Of a stretch of 12,176 nt of DNA, positions 1-6,500 are shown piece after piece. The first letter of the stretch is position 1, and each line of letters opens with the position of its first letter. A program made the position numbers and the translations under genes. Below the pieces are notes generated by a model that was given only the letters and a program-made list of their open reading frames with translations, was not told the origin of the DNA and did not search any database. Location: the NCBI GenBank assembly GCA_965246715.1, contig CBDFFH010000045.1, positions 1-12,176 of the forward strand, in the 5' to 3' direction. Origin of the DNA: Chamaesiphon sp. GTDB taxonomy: Bacteria > Cyanobacteriota > Cyanobacteriia > Cyanobacteriales > Chamaesiphonaceae.

Positions 1-74
1 GATCGTCCTAGTAGTAATCGAACAAATTAACGTCAGTTCGATGGGTGACAGGAGCGAGATCGACAGGCTACAAA

Positions 75-794
75 TTATTCGATCGCGGCAATAATTACGG
101 TAATATTATCGCTACCACCATGTTCTTTAGCAGCATCGATTAAAGCTTGAGCGGCTTGTTCGAGCGTTGCTGATTTAAGGTGGGTCGCAATTTCATCGTG
201 AGGGACTTCTTCGGTCAAGCCATCGCTACACAGCAAGATGCGATCGCCAGCAGTGATATCTTGAGTTTGGATATTAATCTGACGTAAATCGCGACGACCC
301 AAACAATGGGATAAAACGTGGCGGAGGGGATGACTTTTAGCTTCCTCTGCATTCAGTTGACCCAATTTCATCGCTCTAGCTACCCAAGTATCATCTTCAG
401 TAATTGCGTCTAGCTTATCACCGCGCAGACGATAGAGCCGTGAATCGCCGACATGAGCAGACCAGACCAAATCGTCGCGAAACAAGATTAGCACTACTGT
501 GGTGCCCATATCGCTGCGTTGAGTATTTTGCTCTTGGTCGGCAATGATGGCATCATTGGCGGCAATTAGTGCTTGCACCAATAGATTTTTGGTATCGGGT
601 TCGCTCTTCCAATGTCGATCGAGATAGGTATGCGCAGTCTCGATCGCGATCCGACTGGCTTCTTCTCCTCCAGCATGACCGCCCATTCCATCGGCGACTA
701 TAAAAAATCGTCCATCAGGATCGATATAATATGCATCTTGATTGGCACTACGTACCACACCTTTATCTGAGAGACCTGCGAACAGCGATTTCAT
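75..794 (-). CDS. pphA: PP2C/PPM-family Ser/Thr phosphatase, PphA-type (PII phosphatase-like)
   Basis: PPM motifs RxxNQD, VADGMGGHAGG, MGTT, AHVGDSR, LCSDGL and GGxDNIT are present. The sequence closely resembles cyanobacterial PphA and lies downstream of an ABC1 kinase, as in the Synechocystis sll1770-sll1771 arrangement. Confidence 0.9.
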   Translation of the reverse strand: MKSLFAGLSDKGVVRSANQDAYYIDPDGRFFIVADGMGGHAGGEEASRIAIETAHTYLDRHWKSEPDTKNLLVQALIAANDAIIADQEQNTQRSDMGTTVVLILFRDDLVWSAHVGDSRLYRLRGDKLDAITEDDTWVARAMKLGQLNAEEAKSHPLRHVLSHCLGRRDLRQINIQTQDITAGDRILLCSDGLTEEVPHDEIATHLKSATLEQAAQALIDAAKEHGGSDNITVIIAAIE

Positions 795-1006
795 AATCTA
801 ATGCCTGTACCGATTAATAATCCAAATTTTAAGTATACACACAGAAAGGGAGTTGAAATTTTCGTCTGGATGTAGTCATTTTCTAGCTACTAGGGCAAAG
901 GCTGAGTCGATCGAGTAATTTTAATAAGACTCACATATCGAACTTAGTGATATGTTGAATATCTCCATCATTACATCATAGCCAAATAAGGTCTCACCGA
1001 TCGTAT

Positions 1007-2818
1007 TTAAGACATCCGATCTTGACGATTTAATTTCCGCATCTGCTGAAACCAAATGACAAAGGTTACAACCGCGATCGCCCCAACAATACCAGCAGCG
1101 ATCGCGTATTGAGTGACAAATAGCATCGTAGCAGACAATGTAAAAGCAGCAACCAAGATTGCGTAATTTGTATTTTGTTGCATGGCGCTAAGTCGGCGTA
1201 AATAGCGATCTGTTTCGCTAGAACGCACTCTGACTCGGAGATCGCCGCGTTCTAATTTGTCGATCGTATCTTCAATGCGGCGGGGTAATCCTAGTGCTGA
1301 AGTCCCTACCTGGGCGGCTTGCCTGCCGATTTCGGCGAGGAAGGCATTAGGATCTGAGGTACCATTACCGTTACTGTTCATAATTTGGAAAGCGAAAGGT
1401 TGAGCTGCTGCCATAAAATTAAAATCGGGGTCTAGTCCCTTGCCTACACCTTCGATCGTCGAAAATGCTCGCATGACGAAGGTAAAGGTAGCCGGAAACC
1501 GGAAGGGTTGACCGTAGGCAATATCATAGAGATCGTCAGTAATTTGGGCGATCGATTGACCTTCGAGCGGTTGGTCGAGGAAGTTATCTAACAGATACTG
1601 GATCGAGCGACGAATCGGGTCTGTATCTGCATCTGCGGCGACCGCTCCCAGCGCAACTAGCCCATTGACAACTCGATCTGCATTGCGTCCGGCGATCGCC
1701 AGCAGGGTATCCATCAGTTTAGCTTTGGTACCAGGGGCAATTCGGCCCATCATCCCAAAGTCATAAAAGATTAAAGCTCCAGTGGTAGGAGCGACGGCGA
1801 CATTACCAGGATGCGGATCGGCGTGAAAAAAGCCATCAGTGAGTAATTGCTGAAGATATGCTGTGGCAGTCTGACGGGCGATCGTCTGTCGATCGAGTCC
1901 AGCGACTGCTAATCCTTCATAATCGCTGATTTTAATCCCTGGTAGGTACTCTAATGTCAACGTCCGCATCGAAGAATAGCGCCAGTAAACGCGCGGCACC
2001 ATGACCCAATCTTGCGATCGAAAGTTGCGGCGGAAAGTATCGGCATTTTGCCCTTCGCCGATATAATCCGTCTCTTCCCACAGAATTCGACAACACTCAT
2101 CGTAAATGCCGACCCAATCGCGTCCGTTACCACCCCATTTAGGATGATTTTGGAAGTATTTAGCAATTCCGCGCAAAATTTCGAGATCGATCGTAAATAA
2201 CTTTTGTAATCCAGGTCGTTGGACTTTGACAACCACTGCTTCGCCAGTATGTAGTTTCGCCAGATGCACCTGCCCTAAACTTGCCGCCGCCAGCGGAATC
2301 GGCTCGAACCGATCGAATAGTTCGGGAATAGTTTTGCCCAAATCTTGGGCGATAATTTCTTCAGCTTGGGCATAACTAAAGGCTGGTACCCGATCTTGTA
2401 ACTTAGAAAGTTCTTCAACGTATTCCACCGGAAATAAATCTGCCCGCGTGGAAAATAGCTGCCCTAACTTGATAAAAGTGGGGCCTAATTCCAAAAACGT
2501 ATTCCGAATCCAAATTGCTTGTTTCCGCTTTCTGGTAGACTGTTTTGCCTCAGTGTAGCCGCTAATATAACTCCACTTCTTGCCATCGAGCCAGGAACCA
2601 GAGAGGAAAGTCAGGAAAAATAACCAAATATCAAACGTCCGTCGCCGCTTGGAGTAATTATGCCGATTCCACCGATATGTACGGTCGTTATTAAACTGGT
2701 AATTTGTTGTAGTTTGCGGCATGGAACTAGTAGACGACCCTGACACAGCAGTCTCTGGTGGTAAGGACAAGCGATCGATCGATCGCGGTGGCATCGAAGT
2801 TTCGGGAATAGCAGTCAC
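1007..2818 (-). CDS. ABC1/AarF/UbiB atypical protein kinase (Sll1770-like)
   Basis: Motifs LGPTFIKLGQ, AAASLGQVH, VVKVQRP, FFHADPHPGN and DFGMMG, plus two C-terminal hydrophobic segments. GTG start. Confidence 0.95.
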   Translation of the reverse strand: MTAIPETSMPPRSIDRLSLPPETAVSGSSTSSMPQTTTNYQFNNDRTYRWNRHNYSKRRRTFDIWLFFLTFLSGSWLDGKKWSYISGYTEAKQSTRKRKQAIWIRNTFLELGPTFIKLGQLFSTRADLFPVEYVEELSKLQDRVPAFSYAQAEEIIAQDLGKTIPELFDRFEPIPLAAASLGQVHLAKLHTGEAVVVKVQRPGLQKLFTIDLEILRGIAKYFQNHPKWGGNGRDWVGIYDECCRILWEETDYIGEGQNADTFRRNFRSQDWVMVPRVYWRYSSMRTLTLEYLPGIKISDYEGLAVAGLDRQTIARQTATAYLQQLLTDGFFHADPHPGNVAVAPTTGALIFYDFGMMGRIAPGTKAKLMDTLLAIAGRNADRVVNGLVALGAVAADADTDPIRRSIQYLLDNFLDQPLEGQSIAQITDDLYDIAYGQPFRFPATFTFVMRAFSTIEGVGKGLDPDFNFMAAAQPFAFQIMNSNGNGTSDPNAFLAEIGRQAAQVGTSALGLPRRIEDTIDKLERGDLRVRVRSSETDRYLRRLSAMQQNTNYAILVAAFTLSATMLFVTQYAIAAGIVGAIAVVTFVIWFQQMRKLNRQDRMS

Positions 2819-2820
2819 TG

Positions 2821-2855
2821 TGAATTATGAGTTATGAATTATAAATTATGAATTG
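2821..2855. repeat. Heptameric short tandem repeat (STRR-type), 5 copies
   Basis: TGAATTA TGAGTTA TGAATTA TAAATTA TGAATTG, read directly from the sequence. Confidence 0.9.
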
Positions 2856-2866
2856 GCAATCTCGAA

Positions 2867-3017
2867 CTATCCCCTATCCTCTGTCGTGTCTGGCAAATCC
2901 TCGGGAAACCCAAAGCGAGGCGTGTCGTCGCACATGGAGCGCTATCCCCCTGTCTTGTCTGGCTAAACCCGTCGCAGCCGGAGCGCGGACGGAGCGCGAG
3001 CCGCTATCCCCTATCCC
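2867..3017 (-). repeat. GGGGATA-type heptamer array interrupted by two small dispersed elements (2881-2943 and 2950-3005)
   Basis: CTATCCC units at about 2867-2880, 2942-2949 and 3004-3017. On the minus strand both inserts start AGCG and end CCAGACA(A/C)GACAG. Related motifs recur at 6121-6383. Confidence 0.75.
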
Positions 3018-3322
3018 TGGTTGCGATACCGTTGAATTTCAGCTCGGAGTCTGGCGATTTCGGCTCTGAGATCGTCGATGGTTTCTTGGACATCGATCGA
3101 CTGTCCATTGACATTTACTGTAGTATTTACGCTAGCATTAGCCGTTTCGCGGGCGGCGCGATCGAGTACTTCTTGGGTAAACTGACGCAATTTCTCGCCT
3201 TGTTCGGCATTGACCTTGCCAATTTCGCTCAAGGTGTAGGTCAAAGTCTCGCCTAGTTTTTCATTGAGAGATTGTGCGAGGGCACGACCGACAAAAAAAC
3301 TATTCAGTACGGGATTCGTCAT
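3011..3322 (-). CDS. DUF6825-family / Sll1769-like conserved cyanobacterial protein
   Basis: N-terminal FFVGRALA and C-terminal coiled-coil QETIDDLRAEIARLRAEIQRYR. Sits upstream of the ABC1 kinase and pphA, matching known cyanobacterial synteny. Confidence 0.8.
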   Translation of the reverse strand: MTNPVLNSFFVGRALAQSLNEKLGETLTYTLSEIGKVNAEQGEKLRQFTQEVLDRAARETANASVNTTVNVNGQSIDVQETIDDLRAEIARLRAEIQRYRNQG

Positions 3323-3355
3323 AGATGGCTACGCTTAAATGTGCTTCCGTAACGA

Positions 3356-3361
3356 ATTATA
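3356..3361 (-). promoter_or_regulatory. Putative -10 box for the DUF6825-kinase-pphA unit
   Basis: Perfect TATAAT on the minus strand, 33 nt upstream of the ATG at 3322. No clear -35 element. Confidence 0.5.
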
Positions 3362-3429
3362 ACGCGATGAAGATGGCGATTGGGGCTGGAATACCGATCC
3401 CGCGATCGGAAATTTATCGAAAATCTCCG

Positions 3430-3456
3430 AAAAACCCCGTCCGGTTTACGGCGGGG
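3430..3456 (-). terminator. Intrinsic terminator-like hairpin after ogt
   Basis: Minus strand reads CCCCGCCG-TAAAC-CGG(A)CGGGG followed by TTTTT, 4 nt after the ogt stop codon. Confidence 0.65.
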
Positions 3457-3464
3457 AGGATCAA
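3431..3464 (+). mobile_element. Solo IS200/IS605-family end (subterminal hairpin ending TCAA)
   Basis: AAAACCCCGTCCGGTTTACGGCGGGGAGGATCAA matches the CCCCG...CGGGGAGGA(TG)TCAA architecture of IS605/tnpB right ends. No tnpA or tnpB is nearby. Confidence 0.55.
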
Positions 3465-3967
3465 GAATACAGATATCCTTCATGTTGCAATAGCCACCGC
3501 TGACGATCGAGTCCTCCTGCATAGCCAGTCAGTTTCCCTTTTGCCCCAATTACCCGATGGCAAGGTACGGCAATGGCGATCGGATTGAGGGAATTTGCCA
3601 TGCCAACTGCACGACTGGCGGTAGGTTTGCCGATCGATTTTGCTAATTCTCCATATGTCCACACTTCACCGACTGGAATCTCTAAAAGTTTGAGCCAAAT
3701 CTGCTGCTGAAAAGCCGTCCCACTCATCCGCATGGGAATTTCAGCTAAGCTGGTTAAATCGCCAGCTAAATAAGCTTGCAATCGATCGATCGACCCTACT
3801 GGATTGCTGTGTGGCACCAATTCTACAGATTCATATCGCCGAGCTAGTAACTTCATCATTCGTGGCTGGTAATCTGCAAAATCCAGCGCACATAACCGAT
3901 CTTCATCTACCACGATCGAAATTTGGCCGATGGGACTGTCGATCGTATCGATCCATAATTTAGTCAT
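3461..3967 (-). CDS. ogt: Methylated-DNA--protein-cysteine S-methyltransferase
   Basis: Active-site PCHRV, RAVG arginine finger, GTAFQQQIW, and GYAGG...LLQHE. Confidence 0.95.
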   Translation of the reverse strand: MTKLWIDTIDSPIGQISIVVDEDRLCALDFADYQPRMMKLLARRYESVELVPHSNPVGSIDRLQAYLAGDLTSLAEIPMRMSGTAFQQQIWLKLLEIPVGEVWTYGELAKSIGKPTASRAVGMANSLNPIAIAVPCHRVIGAKGKLTGYAGGLDRQRWLLQHEGYLYS

Positions 3968-4053
3968 AACTTTAACTTCTCGATCTATGATTGTTGACTA
4001 GGTTGGGGTGTTTATTTAACAACGATCTGCATCCATTGCCCGTTGGGTTCTCC

Positions 4054-4245
4054 TGGATCGATCGAGTTGCAGCCTTGTTAACGGACGATCGTTTCGATCT
4101 AAAATGCCCGATCGGGAGTTGCCAATGGAAGTAATGCGGGCGTTTGTCCAGATGAGCCATCGAGTCCATCGCCGCGATTTGCAATTAAAAGACCAGATGC
4201 AGTCGTTGCGAATTGAGATCGAGCGTACTCGACGCGATCGCCGCA
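4054..4245 (+). pseudogene. Possible frameshifted remnant of a HAMP-like/coiled-coil signalling C-terminal module
   Basis: The 4021 frame gives WIDRVAALLTDDRFDLK and the 4104 frame gives EVMRAFVQMSHRVHRRDLQLKDQMQSLRIEIERTRRDR. These resemble the 'LARVFQRMAxEVxxRExxLKQQVxELRIEID' tail of HAMP/response-regulator proteins (recalled similarity only). Confidence 0.35.
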
Positions 4246-4478
4246 ATTCTCATTATGGAAATTGTTCTCATATTTTCGATCGCCAGAATGGTTGTAAGCC
4301 TTATTCTGTCGTTAATAATTGTGCTGTTGAATGGCTAATAAACGCCTTAAAACAGTACAAGAGTTTTAAACTGAGAATTGCTGACACTTTTTTCCAAATT
4401 TCAGGGAGAGCCCTTTCTATGCTTCGATCGATAATTTAGATGGTGATAGACGGCTATGATTTCTGACTGTACATTTAT

Positions 4479-6038
4479 TTACAAATCCATTAATCCATAG
4501 CGTTTCTGGATCGTCAGCAGTTGGGTTCTGGCGGTAGCAGCATTGTCGGCGAGATCGGCGAACTCAATCAGACGGAGGAGTTCTTTTTTAAGTAGATTCC
4601 GTTCGAGCTCGATTGTATCTCGCTCGAGTTGAGGGGGGAGGACGATCATATCATATAAGCTAGCACGGTCTTTGCCTCGATCGGGTCGAAGAATGCGACC
4701 GCGACGTTGGATAAATTGACGCGGATTGGTGCTACTGGCGAGGATCACCGCATGTTTAATCGCAGGGATGTCGATACCTTCATCTAAGCAGCGGATCGCG
4801 ACTAGCCCTTGGAGTGCGCCCGATTCAAATTGCTGGCGCAGTTGTTCTCTGTCTGGAAGGGATGTGGCGGCAGTGTAGGTGTTGACGCGGTAGCCGAGTT
4901 CGTTACCCAACAGATGAGTGACGGCGGCGAGTTGTTGGGTGCTATTTGCAGTGAGCGGCTTGTCCTGAGCGTAGTCTAGGGGAGCCGAAGTGTCGCTACT
5001 ACCATCGCTACAGTAAAATAGTGTGTGACTGGTATTTAAGCGATCGATCATCAGATCTTTAAGTGCAGTCAGTTTGTTAGCGGCTGCACCGATCAGGCGG
5101 GCACGTTGCATCAGTAGGGGGGTAAGATCTGGACTGTCTAATTCCTCATAGCTAAATGCACGATCTTTAGATTGATAAAGGAGTTTGCGCGCGATCGCGC
5201 GGGATAATTTCAGATATGTTGCACTCTCACTCTCGGTCAGTTCGACCGGGATGGGATAGTATAAATAATGAACTAGGGCTCCCTGTTCGATCGCATCTTT
5301 GAGGGTAAATTCTGGCTGCAAGATGTCCCCAAAGTATTCGACGATGTTTTGAGTGCCGATGTCGTCATAGTGGCGTTCTGGCGTGGCTGACAGGGCTAGT
5401 CGCAAACCGATATTGCGCGGGAGGCTCGCCGATCTTTTTTTTGCGCCGAGGTTATGCACTTCATCGCCGATAATTAAAGTGCGATCGGGTAAATAGCTAA
5501 GTTGGGTTTGAAATCCTGGAGTAATTAGGGTTTCGTTGGTGGTGATGATGGTGAGAAATTCTTGTTGGCGGGTATTAATTCTGGCAAGTTGATAAGAGAA
5601 TTTACTCTGCCATTTATGAATGCTTTCACAAGCGAGAATCGGCTGAAGATTAAAGTTCTCGCATTCTCTTCCCCACTGAGTTACAAGGTGGCGGAACGGA
5701 CAGATGATGATTAGTACTTGGAGTCCGATTTGTTGGTATAGTTGGGTAGCGATCGCTAGTGCCGTAATTGTTTTACCGCTACCAGTCGCCATCTTGAGCG
5801 TACCACGCCCTTGATTTTGAAACCAGTTGGTAACTGCTTGCTGTTGATAAGCTCGCAATTGCAAGTTGGGCGGCAATTGTGGCGATCCTAATGGTACTGG
5901 CTCTACTCGATAGCGAACCCGAGACTCAGCAACTGCTAATAATTGGTAAATGTCAGTAAGATTTGGTGCTGAGTTAGCAAGTAATGGATTCGCAGGTATT
6001 TTGCGAACTCGATAGGCAGACTTAGACTCGATCGACAC
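4479..6038 (-). CDS. SF2 DExH-box helicase (ResIII-like), resembling the cyanobacterial 'DNA phosphorothioation system restriction enzyme' family
   Basis: LRAYQ Q-motif, MATGSGKT (I), DEVH (II), SAT (III), LDEGIDIP (V) and QRRGRILR (VI). The subfamily call is from recalled similarity, and the GTG start is uncertain. Confidence 0.85.
   Translation of the reverse strand: MSIESKSAYRVRKIPANPLLANSAPNLTDIYQLLAVAESRVRYRVEPVPLGSPQLPPNLQLRAYQQQAVTNWFQNQGRGTLKMATGSGKTITALAIATQLYQQIGLQVLIIICPFRHLVTQWGRECENFNLQPILACESIHKWQSKFSYQLARINTRQQEFLTIITTNETLITPGFQTQLSYLPDRTLIIGDEVHNLGAKKRSASLPRNIGLRLALSATPERHYDDIGTQNIVEYFGDILQPEFTLKDAIEQGALVHYLYYPIPVELTESESATYLKLSRAIARKLLYQSKDRAFSYEELDSPDLTPLLMQRARLIGAAANKLTALKDLMIDRLNTSHTLFYCSDGSSDTSAPLDYAQDKPLTANSTQQLAAVTHLLGNELGYRVNTYTAATSLPDREQLRQQFESGALQGLVAIRCLDEGIDIPAIKHAVILASSTNPRQFIQRRGRILRPDRGKDRASLYDMIVLPPQLERDTIELERNLLKKELLRLIEFADLADNAATARTQLLTIQKRYGLMDL
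4945..4992. mobile_element. Two nested 24-nt small dispersed repeats inserted in frame in the helicase gene
   Basis: Inner unit CTTGTCCTGAGCGTAGTCTAGGGG (4959-4982) splits outer unit TTTGCAGTGAGCGG|AGCCGAAGTG. The two units share 15/24 positions. Total 48 nt = 16 codons. Confidence 0.75.
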
Positions 6039-6054
6039 AACTAGTTGGCAGCAA

Positions 6055-6068
6055 GTATATTTTTATAC
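6055..6068. promoter_or_regulatory. Candidate NtcA-type site GTA-N8-TAC
   Basis: GTATATTTTTATAC, an extended palindrome GTATA-N4-TATAC, 16 nt upstream of the helicase GTG. Confidence 0.35.
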
Positions 6069-6120
6069 GCTATCACGATTGCTCAATCTCGATAGTCAGC
6101 AATCTAGCTGAAATAGGATC

Positions 6121-6403
6121 GGGGATAGGGGATAGCACACAGCGATTCGCGCTCCGTCGCAGACGGGTTTAGCGACTTAGATCGCGCGGAGAGTGGAGGC
6201 AATACTTCTCGGTTAAGCCAATAATTACTCAGTCCGCGACGGCGGACTTTGCATCATTAGCTGCGATTTCAATCGTCAGCAATTGTTAACCGAGAAGTAT
6301 TAAGAGTGGAGGAGCATGTGTTTCAGTCAGCGGCTCGCAGCCGGGAGGTTCCCGCCCGGATTATGCGAGACAAGACAAGACAGCGAATCAAGAGAGTGGA
6401 CAG
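6121..6403 (+). repeat. Composite intergenic repeat cluster (GGGGATA and AGAGTGG heptamers plus small dispersed elements at about 6141-6175 and 6329-6383)
   Basis: Shares GGGATAGGGGATAGC, TCGCGCTCCGTC, GACGGGTTTAGC, AGCGGCTCGC and AGACAAGACAG with the reverse complement of 2950-3017. Confidence 0.75.
6200..6302. mobile_element. 103-bp MITE (IS4-family-like ends) with 10-bp flanking duplication
   Basis: Perfect 16-bp TIRs AATACTTCTCGGTTAA (6201-6216) / TTAACCGAGAAGTATT (6286-6301). Flanking direct repeats AGAGTGGAGG at 6190-6199 and 6303-6312. Confidence 0.85.
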
Positions 6404-6500
6404 TTAAAATCAGCTGCACGATCCCGTTCGCGTTGCGTCAGTACAATTCCTGTACGGTGGTATGGCGAAACAATTAAAACTTATGCAGGAGATTTAATCA

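Noticed and set aside
903..955. Short inverted repeats TGAGTC/GACTCA and ACATATC/GATATGT between the kinase and pphA
   Set aside because: The stems are only 6-7 bp with no U-tract, too weak to call a terminator or operator.
1957..2232. ORFs 1957-2232 (-) and 2012-2200 (+)
   Set aside because: Both lie wholly inside the ABC1 kinase gene and have no recognisable motifs, so they are shadow ORFs.
2848..3256. ORFs 2848-3069 (+) and 3032-3256 (+)
   Set aside because: The first translates the intergenic repeat cluster and the second is antisense to DUF6825.
3319..3662. ORFs 3319-3522, 3325-3588 and 3480-3662
   Set aside because: They overlap ogt and the terminator/IS-end hairpin. No TnpB-like C-terminal motifs (zinc finger, DRDxNAA) are visible.
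3972..4246. Minus-strand ORFs 3972-4184 and 4016-4246 as an Ada/AlkA partner for ogt
   Set aside because: No Ada zinc-binding, AraC or glycosylase motifs. The plus strand gives the more protein-like reading.
4354..4367. LexA-like AGTAC-AAGA-GTTTT
   Set aside because: It mismatches the conserved GTWC half-site and lies about 390 nt from the ogt start.
6121..6403. Repeat clusters as a CRISPR array or tRNA/ncRNA gene
   Set aside because: There is no constant-length repeat-spacer periodicity, no cas gene, and no cloverleaf or T-loop signature.
6441..6455. GTACA-ATTCC-TGTAC palindrome upstream of the PRK-like gene as an NtcA site
   Set aside because: The spacing is GTA-N9-TAC rather than N8. 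It could bind another factor, but nothing supports that.
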